The notes under the pieces are model-generated. The model was given only the letters and a program-made list of their open reading frames with translations. It was not told the origin of the DNA and made no database searches. 64,000 bases of DNA from contig JBHLMN010000003.1 of NCBI GenBank assembly GCA_048938105.1, positions 64,001 to 128,000 of the forward strand, given 5' to 3'. This stretch comes from Promethearchaeota archaeon. Lineage in GTDB: Archaea; Asgardarchaeota; Heimdallarchaeia; Hodarchaeales; Hodarchaeaceae. Below, in pieces: positions 1-11,200 of this stretch. The position numbers were made by a program, and so were the translations under genes. Position 1 is the stretch's first letter; every line of letters starts with the position of its first letter.

Positions 1-25
1 AATAAAGGTATTCTTTAAAGCCATC

Positions 26-3000
26 ATGGATTTTCTAACTAATTTTAATTTTAAGAAAATCATCCAAGAATATTTACCTGACCTTATTGGATTTATCATC
101 GATACATTAGGCGGAGGTTCAGGTGCTTCGGTCACTACTACTGAAGATGCTGAAACTTGGAGTAAAATTATTGGAATTTTAATGAATTTGTTGATGACCG
201 CAATTGGATATACTGCTGATGAAGTTGAAATCACAGAAGGGGAAATTGAAGTCAAAAATAATTTAGCAAGTGTCTTTAAGGATTTATTAGAGTTACTCGA
301 TGAGAAATTTACTGAAGTAACATACGCAGCTGATCAGATCCAGAATTTAATACAACAAATTAATACTATCATCTCTCAAGCAAAAGAAGCTGCATTATCG
401 GATGTAGATACTTTTGTTTCAAATCTTGAAAATGCAATAACACAAACTGGATTTCAATTTCATTCTGACAGCACTAAAAATGCCAAGATCAAAGAAATGA
501 TTGTTTCTGGGGCTACGATGGTCGCTGGGGCCATTAATGGTGATTTTACTAATAAGGATAAACTCCCAAATCTCAATAGTACCGTAGATTTCTTAATTGA
601 TGTTACTGAATTTATGATTGGAGATATTGATGACACAAAAGAAGTGAAAATTAAGAAAGCTGTGAACAACATTGTGGCCATCATTGCAGTTATCAGTGAT
701 AAAGACGAATTAAAACAATATATTAGCAGTACAATTGAGAAATTCAAGCAACAATTCTCAGATCCCGTTGCTTTGATTCAGAATACAATTAACTTTTTAA
801 TAACGGGCGCCCAAGGACTTAATCTCAATACTGATGTTTTAGAAAAGATCAAGACCTTTGCAGAAATGGGAGTAGGGTTCTATAATATAATAATGTCGGC
901 AAAAGACAATAGTATCCAAGGTATATTGCAAGCTCTTATTCAAAATATTGGTATGAGTCTTATTAAGGAATTTACTGGTGTAGACATTTCATTTGTCAAT
1001 GACATCTTGAAGTTCATCTTTCCAAAATTCTTCGGTGTTGATAGTTCAGAGCTGCCTTCTGCTCAAGAAATGATCAGTAATCTTCTCAGTCAACTAGATC
1101 AAGTAGATGGACTAGATGCAATAGTTAGTTCTGCTACAGGAGGCGCATTATCAAATCTAAACGATTTAAAAGATGCAATTGAGGCAATATTAGGATTTAT
1201 CTTTAGTGCAAAAGATATTTTCACAGATGGTATTCGCTGGCTCTTTGGACAGCTGATGGATTGGCTAGGTGGACAAATTGAACAATTAATCAGCATGCTA
1301 TTAGATGCTATCACAAATGCTCTTAATGCAAGTGACCTTTTCCCTCCTGAATGGGCTGGATCGTTACCAATAGGATTAGGCGGTTTTAGTCTTTTCAGTA
1401 TCGGCATTGAATTAGGTTTATATCCCCATTTCGGATTTGATGAATCAGCTTTTTCAGATTGGATGCTAGATATTGTCTTTGGAGGTTTGAATCCATTTGC
1501 AGGTGGAGATATTGCTGATTTCTTCAAAAAGATATTTTCATTCTTCGAATTAATACCAACCTTCAAAGCAGGATTTGAAATTGGAGGATTTGGGACTGAA
1601 GAAAATCCCATGATGGCTTTTCTCCTCGAATCTCTCGGACTTGAACTGGAATTCTCAGGCAAAGGGTGGTTCGAGATGGAGTTATTTACCCTAAAAGGTG
1701 GGGTTTTTGATACTGATAACTTCTTTAAGGTTATTGAATGGGGTTTCTCGTTTACCATTACTATCTCGAGAACTTTTACATTATTGGACTTCTTGACCGG
1801 AGGTACTGCTGGAGCACTTAATGCAATTGGAGAATACATTGGTTTAGATGCAATTACTGTAACAGTCTCATTTGGTATATTTCTTGAAGTTGTAAAACGG
1901 GCGGCTTCCGCTACTGGCCCAGAAGAAGGTTCATTTACGCTTAAAATTACTATAGGTCTGGCTGTCCACCTTGGTCTTAATCTCCTGATAGTTGGAATAT
2001 CTTTTGACTTTTCACTAGAGATCATACTGACGTTTTTCCAAGATCTTGTGGCCCCCACGCCGCTTCAGATTTTCTTGGAGATCATCCTCCGGTTCAGCGT
2101 CACTCTCACATTTCTATTCTGTGATTGGGAAATTGAATTTGAGTGGAAACCTCTCGACCCGTCTCCCTTAGAATTAACTCCAACTAACAAAGCGGAACAA
2201 GAAGATAGTGGGGCGATGGGCCTAGACGATGATGGCGATGGTTTAGGTAATGCATACGAGGAAAATACACCTGGTCTTAATCCCCTATCAGAAGACACCG
2301 ATGGGGACGGACTCACAGATAAGTTTGAAACTCAAACATCGAAAACCGATCCCATCTTACCAGATACCGATGGCGATGGATTGGACGATTTTGTCGAGTA
2401 TCACCATACAAAAACAAATCCTCGTCAACCAGATACTGATTGGGACGGATTAACTGATTATGAAGAGGCAATCATCATCCAAACTGACCCATTAGACACT
2501 GATACAGACGATGATGGTATTGATGATAATTATGAGGTCAATCATGCCTATGATATCTTGGGAGTGACACCCTCCGTAGAATATGTCATGATTGGAGGTG
2601 TCAAATATTACGATCGAACGGATCCCCTCAATCCTGATACCGATGGAGATGGCCTCATTGATGGAGAAGAAGGTGAATACGGTCCCTATTATGGTTTAGA
2701 TGACCTCTATAATGAGACAGCAGAAGCAGGTACTGATACCCCACCACTTATTTTCAATGGCGGATATACTCACCCCCTAGATAACGATACTGACGATGAC
2801 ACTTGGGAACAGCTATATGATGGAAAAATAGCCCCAAGTAAAGCACATGCTTGGGTGAAACTAAAAGATGGAACATACATTCTAACCACAGATTGGTGGG
2901 AAATCAAAGGAATGCCCATAGTCTACATGATAGAAGGAGAACCAGTGCTGAATATTACTTATACGAACCCCTGCAATCCTGATACTGATGGAGATACTGG

Positions 3001-5194
3001 TATTGGAGGCTACGATCGAACTGGTGCCCCTGATAAGGAACATAATGACCCACCAATAAGTGAAATTCTCAATTCTGATGGATATGAATTATCATTAGAT
3101 CCCCCAAGTGATCCCTGCGATGCTGACACTGACAACGATGGATTGATTGATGGTCTAGAAGGTACAAGAGGTTCGACATCGAATCACACGCATTATGCTA
3201 ATCCTGACACTGATGGCGATGGATTAGGTGATTTACAAGAAGTTTTATTGGGTTCTGACCCCAGACATCCTGATGGGGATCACGATATGGTCATAGACGG
3301 CGATGAATACTTTAAATACGGAACTCATCCAGCAAATCCTGATACTGATTATGATGGGCTCTTAGACGGTGAAGAGTTATATTGGTATCACACTAATCCA
3401 TTCTCAGTTGATAGTGATGGTGATCGAATCAGTGATTGGATGGAACTTATGGTCTACTTTACTGATCCCATGGACGAGGATACCGATAATGATCGACTAG
3501 ACGACTATGAGGAAACGTTCATCTATAAAACTAAGCCTCATGATCCTGATACTGATTCAGAAGAATGGAATGATTTGAATCATAATAACCGATATGATGG
3601 ACTTAAGGAATGGGATTTAGAGTACGATGAAAACGGTAATGGCGTCTGGGACGGTGATTATCTTCGAGACGGTGACGAGGTGTATGGTACCTACAATGGA
3701 ATTAAAACAGATCCCCTTCAATGGGATACAGACCACGATTCTATTACTTACTTCGTTGTGTATGGAGGTGGAAAAATAGACTATACTTTCCGCATGTCTG
3801 ACGGTGATGAGCTATACTATTACGGTACTAATCCAACTTATGGAGACACAGATCTTGATGGAATTACAGATGGTTGGGAATTATATTTAGGTTCAGGCTT
3901 AATTCCCAATTTCAAACCAATGCCATTAGATGCTTTGAATGATGACACTGACGGTGATACATTAGTTGATGGGCTTGAATTAATGATTGCTAACTTCACG
4001 AGTTTGATCTATCCCTATATTGGATTTTATACAGTACGGCCTTACAACACCTCACCTGTCTTACCAGATTCGGATTTCGACTTTTTGAATGATTCAGAGG
4101 AAATTGATATCTACCATACTCGTCCTGACAAAGTGGACACTGATAACGACACATTAAGCGATTATGATGAAATTTTCTTCCACTTTACAAATCCACTTAG
4201 AAATGATACCGATGCGGACGGATTAATGGATTGTAATGAGACAACAGCCATTGTTCCACTTGTAGGAATAGAATCTAAAGGCATAAAATTCTCTATTAAA
4301 TTATCGGGGCATATAGATACGGTAACAGGGGAAATGTATTATCCTGATTATCCAACGAATGCTACTGATAGGGATACTGACGATGATCTACTACCAGATG
4401 GGGCGGAACTAGATCCTGACCTGCCTTATAATCAGGCAGGTACTGACCCTATGATCACAGACAGCATTGTAAACGGTACACAAGACGGACTTCTATTTGA
4501 TTCGGATCATGATTACATCCCAGATGGCTATGAGTACTTTGGTGACGGCCCGAATGGAACCTTAACCGCAACAGCATCGATCGGAGGGGGTGGGCCATTC
4601 AATCCCGATAGTGACCATGACGGTCTTATTGATGGATTAGAATGGTTAGAATATGGTACTAATGCTACCAATTGGGATACGGATAACGATTCTTGGTCTG
4701 ATGGCTTAGAGATTCTTCTTGGCACAAATGCTACCGAGTGGACCAACGCATCAGATATTTATGACGCATTAGATGCTTACCGTGGCGATTTAGTAATTAC
4801 ATCTCCAATCGAAACTTCCTATGAAACAGAGTCATTAACAGTTACTGCTACTAATTTTTCGATATTAACAAATGTTAAGTACCGTTTCACACATGGGCCA
4901 GTTTCTCACGAAGAAACAATGATGAATTATAACAACAGGCAATACCAGTGGCAAAGCCAACTATTAACTCTACCCAAAGGTGATTACACACTTGAAGTGA
5001 TCGGAACCAAACCAGATGACTCTGAAATAGTGAAAAGGGTTCGATTCTTTATCCAAATGGAGCCTTTACAGTTAGAACCTATTCTTATTGGCGGTTTGAT
5101 CGGATTCAGCGGGGTATCATTACTTCTGTTTTTAATTGAAATTGTGGACATCCAGAAATTATTATTCTGGCGGCGCAAAGAAGGAGGGCTCTAA
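26..5194 (+). CDS. Giant membrane-anchored surface protein: helical region, amphipathic beta-sheet region, many thrombospondin type-3-like Ca2+-binding (DxDxDG) repeats, C-terminal TM anchor; probably 5'-truncated by the window edge
   Basis: Dozens of P...DTDGDG(L)xDxxE repeats at ~2219-4705. C-terminal hydrophobic helix ILIGGLIGFSGVSLLLFLI followed by basic WRRK. The frame is open from nt 2 (IKVFFKAIM), so the true start probably lies upstream. Confidence 0.85.
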   Translation: MDFLTNFNFKKIIQEYLPDLIGFIIDTLGGGSGASVTTTEDAETWSKIIGILMNLLMTAIGYTADEVEITEGEIEVKNNLASVFKDLLELLDEKFTEVTYAADQIQNLIQQINTIISQAKEAALSDVDTFVSNLENAITQTGFQFHSDSTKNAKIKEMIVSGATMVAGAINGDFTNKDKLPNLNSTVDFLIDVTEFMIGDIDDTKEVKIKKAVNNIVAIIAVISDKDELKQYISSTIEKFKQQFSDPVALIQNTINFLITGAQGLNLNTDVLEKIKTFAEMGVGFYNIIMSAKDNSIQGILQALIQNIGMSLIKEFTGVDISFVNDILKFIFPKFFGVDSSELPSAQEMISNLLSQLDQVDGLDAIVSSATGGALSNLNDLKDAIEAILGFIFSAKDIFTDGIRWLFGQLMDWLGGQIEQLISMLLDAITNALNASDLFPPEWAGSLPIGLGGFSLFSIGIELGLYPHFGFDESAFSDWMLDIVFGGLNPFAGGDIADFFKKIFSFFELIPTFKAGFEIGGFGTEENPMMAFLLESLGLELEFSGKGWFEMELFTLKGGVFDTDNFFKVIEWGFSFTITISRTFTLLDFLTGGTAGALNAIGEYIGLDAITVTVSFGIFLEVVKRAASATGPEEGSFTLKITIGLAVHLGLNLLIVGISFDFSLEIILTFFQDLVAPTPLQIFLEIILRFSVTLTFLFCDWEIEFEWKPLDPSPLELTPTNKAEQEDSGAMGLDDDGDGLGNAYEENTPGLNPLSEDTDGDGLTDKFETQTSKTDPILPDTDGDGLDDFVEYHHTKTNPRQPDTDWDGLTDYEEAIIIQTDPLDTDTDDDGIDDNYEVNHAYDILGVTPSVEYVMIGGVKYYDRTDPLNPDTDGDGLIDGEEGEYGPYYGLDDLYNETAEAGTDTPPLIFNGGYTHPLDNDTDDDTWEQLYDGKIAPSKAHAWVKLKDGTYILTTDWWEIKGMPIVYMIEGEPVLNITYTNPCNPDTDGDTGIGGYDRTGAPDKEHNDPPISEILNSDGYELSLDPPSDPCDADTDNDGLIDGLEGTRGSTSNHTHYANPDTDGDGLGDLQEVLLGSDPRHPDGDHDMVIDGDEYFKYGTHPANPDTDYDGLLDGEELYWYHTNPFSVDSDGDRISDWMELMVYFTDPMDEDTDNDRLDDYEETFIYKTKPHDPDTDSEEWNDLNHNNRYDGLKEWDLEYDENGNGVWDGDYLRDGDEVYGTYNGIKTDPLQWDTDHDSITYFVVYGGGKIDYTFRMSDGDELYYYGTNPTYGDTDLDGITDGWELYLGSGLIPNFKPMPLDALNDDTDGDTLVDGLELMIANFTSLIYPYIGFYTVRPYNTSPVLPDSDFDFLNDSEEIDIYHTRPDKVDTDNDTLSDYDEIFFHFTNPLRNDTDADGLMDCNETTAIVPLVGIESKGIKFSIKLSGHIDTVTGEMYYPDYPTNATDRDTDDDLLPDGAELDPDLPYNQAGTDPMITDSIVNGTQDGLLFDSDHDYIPDGYEYFGDGPNGTLTATASIGGGGPFNPDSDHDGLIDGLEWLEYGTNATNWDTDNDSWSDGLEILLGTNATEWTNASDIYDALDAYRGDLVITSPIETSYETESLTVTATNFSILTNVKYRFTHGPVSHEETMMNYNNRQYQWQSQLLTLPKGDYTLEVIGTKPDDSEIVKRVRFFIQMEPLQLEPILIGGLIGFSGVSLLLFLIEIVDIQKLLFWRRKEGGL

Positions 5195-5213
5195 GATGAA
5201 AGGAGGACATAAT

Positions 5214-8200
5214 ATGACAAGAATTCTTTTAAAACTAATGGCAATATTCTTCATTGGTATATTCCTTTTAAGCCCAGTATCTACAACAGGCATTCTTCAG
5301 GACATTACATACGATGGAGCAACCTCTCTTCCTTCATTAAGGAGCTCCGTTTCACAAGATACCGTCTCGAGTCCAGTAATTCGTAGTGATGATGAACCTG
5401 GTGTTAACGATCGCTATATTCCTGAGGATTATGATATCACAAAGTTCCTCATGAACAACGAAATGGCAACGTATCAAAAAGTATGGGAACCTTGGTTAAC
5501 GAAAGCTGCTGTAAGATGTCTCGCAACTGATCCAAATAACGAATGGATAGCAGTCGGGGGTGGCTATTTGTATGACAATGAGATCCATCTTTACCGCTGG
5601 AACGATTACACCAGAGAATATGATGAGGTGTGGGATAGTGGTGATCAGATCATTCAGGGTGATGTACTCTCAATAGATTTCGGGGATACTGATAATAACG
5701 ATTTTCTGGAAATTGCCTGTGGGAGTGCAGATGGACATGTGTATGTTTTTGAGCAAGAACATATTTACGATCCTTTTGACAACATGGAAAATCAATTCGT
5801 ACATGTTTGGACAAGCCCTAAACTCCAACAAGTTTGGGGAGTCAAAATCGCTGATGTCGATAAAGATTACCTCCCTGACATCATTGCAGGATCTTGGGAT
5901 GAAAAAGTCCATGTCTATGAATACACGAACCATTCAGGTTATCCATTCTCGAAACAACATTGGATTGAATTTACAGAAAAGACCACTATAGATGTTGGCG
6001 AAAAAATATTCTCTATTGCCACAGGGGACACAAACTACAATGCTCTCCCTGAAATCATAGTTGGCACCCAGGAAGGACGTGTTTACATTTATGAGAATAA
6101 TGGAACCATTTTAACGATTAATGGTGAGCCCTGGCCTCTCACCCATGATAATTCCTACCGTTATCACTGGGATACTGGCAATACTTCTTGGAAACCAATT
6201 CTTCGGATTATTGTAGATCAACTTGATGATGACTTAGCAGATGAAATTGTCTATATTTCAGTAGGACAAAATGTCTTTATCATTAATTGGGATAAAACCG
6301 TTGGTATTAAAGGACGATATCTAACCCACCAACTTTGGGAACCTTTGGACTCGTGGGAGCTTGGTGGTCTAGAAGGACTAGGCCATTACCTCAATCACTA
6401 CATCGATTGGATGACTTGGTCTAACAATAATAATACTGGAAACGATGATGAACACGTTTTCAATGAAGAAGGAGCATATAAAATTCTCGAACCTTATCCA
6501 TATCCGTGGATGCCACAATGGCCAAAAAATACATCAATGGCAATCACACGGAAACTTGATCCATGGGGAGAGGGGTTAGATAAATGGATTAAAGGAGTGC
6601 ATTTTCAATATGACCCAGCTGAGAACTATACGACCTTTGATGCTTTGGATACCCTTGCAAGTGCCATCGTCGATTGGGGAAATGATGGAGAGGTTATGGG
6701 AGATGGGCTTTGGGCCATTCCAGACGCGGATCTTGGTTACGATGTCATGTTACGATTCCATTGGAATACAATACCCAATTTAAATCAAATTTCCTTTGAA
6801 ATATCTCGAGGTGATGGTGAATGGGCATTAATACCCAAGAAGGATATTTCTTTAGCCCATGTCGCGGTGGATACTAAGGATGACGATCTTTGGATTGACA
6901 TCGATCCCATCCTTTCGAAAAATCACTGGGCATATTTCCGTTATATGCGAATTAATGTTACTAATGGGGGCATTTTCAAGATTAAAGGTGGTTACGCTCC
7001 AATCCTGTACCGACCAATGGATACTGCTACTTCCGTTGCCATTGGTAATTTGGATTTAAGTTACTACAAAGCTTATACAACAGGTGAATCAGAGGGAAAG
7101 AAAATAGTTCTCGGTACATCCGACGGTAAAATAGTAATGTTTGAATATAATTCAGCAACAAAAGGATATGATGTTCTGTGGAATTCTTATAAGAACGATA
7201 CTTACACTTATGGGACAAATATCTGGGATATTGTGGAAGTTAAGAGCCCAGGTAAGATCCCAACGTGGTTGTACAACGAAGCCACAAGTAATATTCTAGC
7301 AGAAAATCTTGGTTCGACACTCCAGAGTGAGGGACTAGGAAACTTTGCAGCTATGGATCATGCTAATCTAGTACAGTCCTTCTTTGAAACTCTCTTTGGA
7401 TTTGTAACTGAGTTCTTCCCTGGTATGGAAGGCATCATTGAACTCAATATTCCTGGTAATGATCTAGTTGTGGGCACAGATACGGGTGATTTAGTCGTAT
7501 TTTCAGCATTAACAGGGGAATATTCTGAGATGGGAACTTACTTCTTTATTCTTCCTATCGCTGATCCATTTTATATGGATACTTCCGTCTCTCCAACATT
7601 CGTAGACTTTCTAGAGACCAACCCTCTTGATGTTCTTGATCTTATGAAAGAGGAAACAATGTTTCTCAGTTGGGTCAAAAATGACCAGTTGTATAACCCA
7701 GAGGAATTTGGCAGCAGATCAATTGCTGGGATTGATGTTTACACTTACGAATTTCCTGCTGTAAGCTATGCAATTCCTGCTCCTTTCAATCAATATGGAA
7801 ACTTCATAATGAAATTTGAGCTAGCTGAAAGGGAAATTACTGGATTGCTTTCACGGGCCTTAGAAAAGTCCATGAATATCCCTGATATAGCAGCTGGAGA
7901 TGTTGATGGTGATGGTGATAAAGATCTTGTTGTGACAAATGGACGGATTTATTATCTTGAGAACATTATGAATAACATATTCATCTTAGAACCTGAATAT
8001 TTCCAAGATCTCAACCTTCAAACCACAAATAAACTCTATACTTCTCCCGAACTTTATGATTTTGACGGAGACGGAGATTTGGATCTCTCAGTTGGTTTTT
8101 CAAACAGAGAAGGGGCAACATACTTCGAAAACGTTGGCCAACGGTGGGCTCCAGAGTGGAAAGAAAACAAATGGCTCTTTACAAACTCATGGGGTGGATT

Positions 8201-11200
8201 ATGGTACAATAATCTAACTTCTCCGACATTCGCTTTCGATGAAAATGGTCGTGTCAGTCATCTAACTACCTACAATAATTATACAAAGGATATCGTGCAG
8301 CTTAAAGCAGAGTACGAGAACCATAATGCTTACGTCATTGGAACTAATCCAGTTATTGCACGTCTAGAGATGAATTTGAAATCAGGTACTGATTCTTATG
8401 GAAACATGCTCGCTAATTATGGTTATCATGTATTTGAAACTTGGAACACTGAACCTGAGTTAGCACGCTGGACGTTAACGCTTAAAACAGGTGACATGGA
8501 TCAAGATGGGCGAGGAGAAGTAATTGTTGGCGACTATGATAACAATATGTACGTATTTGAACACCTAACAAATAACACGTATAAACGAGCTTATCGTGGG
8601 CAAGATATAACCCATACTGAGCTCTCGACCACCTCACCATACGCTTGGCAAGAATTAGAAGGTGTGAGTGGTACTTTCTATCGAACAATTTGGGATCACA
8701 TTGAGGAATTAGTAATAGGATTAGACATGGATAACGATGGTTTTCTTGAGATGGTTGCTACTGCCGGCCTATCGATTTTCGTTTGGGAACAAAGAAATGA
8801 TGGATTTGTCAGCATAGATGATGAATATACCCTCATTTGGCAAGCTGATTTGAGACAGTCTGCTTGGGCACCTCTCTTCGAAGCATTAGAAATCGATCAT
8901 TTCACTGCAGCAGCATTTGGTGGAGATTTGGACTACAATGGCTATGGTGAATTCATACTCGCAGCTGGTAGTTTCTTATTTGTTTTCGAATCGAATGGTG
9001 CAGATCAGTTCAATGACAACTTCCTCGTTAATCCGTACCCAGTACGCGGACGATATTTCATACCAGGCAATCCGATATCTTCACCTGCCGTAAGAACGTT
9101 ATCTATCGAAGCTATTACGGTGGGTGACACTGATAATGATACCTTAAATGAGATTATCATTGGTGGTGTCAATAAAACGTTATGGGGGCAATATAATGGC
9201 TTTGTTTGTATTTTAGAAAATCAAATTGGCACCTATGATTACACCTGGTGGGCACCAAATCATCTTATGGAAGATAATCCTGTTTACGATATAACGATTG
9301 ACAATCAAGATTATGATCACTACAAGGAAATCATTGTTGGAACGTTTAAGGGTATAGTTATTTATGAAAACGCTCCAGGTAGTTCTAGAGACAACAATTA
9401 TATCGAACGATCAATTCTTACCAGTTATGTTAATTTTCCGTATATTAAATTAAAGCAAATGTTTGATGTTGAAGCTAAATACCCATTAGCGCTAAGAAAC
9501 ACTGATTTTCTTGAGTTACTATATGAACATCCTGAAGGTGACTTCCACAGAGGTGATTGGATTCAAATTTTCAAAAGTGGCAATCGACTCTGCTGGGCCA
9601 CAAGTGATGACAATGGCAGTACTTGGATCCAACGCCTTACTGTAACAACTACCAACTTACAATCTGAAAGCAAAAACTACTTTCAAACTTCTTATGAATA
9701 TCACCCCTCTATTTACCAAACAAGAGACGGCCGTGTTTGGTTGGCTTTCACCGCAAAATTGGACTTTGGAGGATACAGTGGCTCGGATATGTATGAAGGA
9801 ATTTGGCTATTAGAGTTATCTAAAATCGGAAACGACTATTATTGGACAAATCCAGAAAGTAGTGTAGCCATCGACGGGAGTGACTCTGCATATTTGTTAT
9901 ACAATCCTAGTATTTGGGATTATCAAGACAATACGGAGCAAGGTGTAGCTATTTCCTACATGAATAGTTCAGATGGAGGTATTTACTGGAAAGGTGACTT
10001 TAATAGCCCCACATCAGCTCCTCTAGGGGATTATGGACAGATTCCTAACATTGGACAAGATCCAAGCACAAATAAGTACCAAGCCTTTTATCATGATGCA
10101 ATTCGGTCTTTCAGCGATAAAGTCGTTGTGGTTTTCAGTGGTCGTTGTTATGCTGAAGCCAAGGTAGACCTCGATTTGTGGATTGCTAAATCAAATAGTA
10201 CACCTATCTGGGATAATCAATCCCGATATTCTAGAGCAACAATAGATGGTATTGATGAATTGAATCCATCAATCACCCAAACAGTCACTCCAGATCATAC
10301 TCTTCTAGTAATATTTGAAGCTGACGGGTATAGTCCCTCTGGTGCATTACAAGTGACTTATTCTAAGGATGATGGTGAAAGTTGGCGAGACCCAGAACCA
10401 ATTTCAACAACCCCACCCTTTGCTGAATATATCCACTATCCGCAATTCGGGTTCAGTCTTCTTGTCTTAAAAGATGACCCTTACATTCTTGTTACTTCTC
10501 TAATTACGGTAGGTCCTGCAATTACCGCACATTATGAAGGTGGATTTGCATATTCTTTTATGGCACAATATAATTTAATTGGTCTTGGACATCTTTCTGT
10601 TTCTGGTCGGACTTCATCAATGAAAACCATGAACCGTGGTTATTCAACAACAGGGACAACAGGGACAACCACAACTACTACTTACACAACAGGCGATTTA
10701 TCAGCACATTCGGGAATGGTACGCCAAATCGGCGGTAGTTTGACCACTGGAGGGGGTAAGGTAAGTTATCAAGGACAAGTAATAGGCTCCTATTCTACTG
10801 CCACAAATGATGGAGGTGGTGGTAGTGCCCTATATTATGCAGCCACCACTCCTGCCGTGGTAAACTATAATGTACCGATCGTAACGGGGGAACAAGAAGG
10901 TGTTGGGACATATGGTGGAAATATCCTTTCATATCAAGGAGATGTAATGGGCACTGATGATCCTGAAGAAGATGAAAATACAGGTAGCGGATATCCTCCA
11001 GGGGAAGGCGGTGGGATGTTGTTAGTTGCTGCTGCCAACTATGATGGCTTCAATTTTCATTCTGATGCAAGCTATAGCGATCGTGGTTACTTCAATAACA
11101 TCTTCTTTGGTCTAAATCCTTCCTCTAATTTCACATTATTTGATTTTAAAGAGGTTAGGGCACTTAGTACTGGCGATTCAGATAAAGATTACCGTCGCGA

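Noticed and set aside
4781-4789. RGD(L) right after the last TSP3-like repeat, echoing thrombospondin's integrin-binding RGD; two more RGDs occur in the FG-GAP protein
   Set aside because: A tripeptide is expected by chance in thousands of Asp/Gly-rich residues, and no integrin-beta/MIDAS partner is present in the operon.
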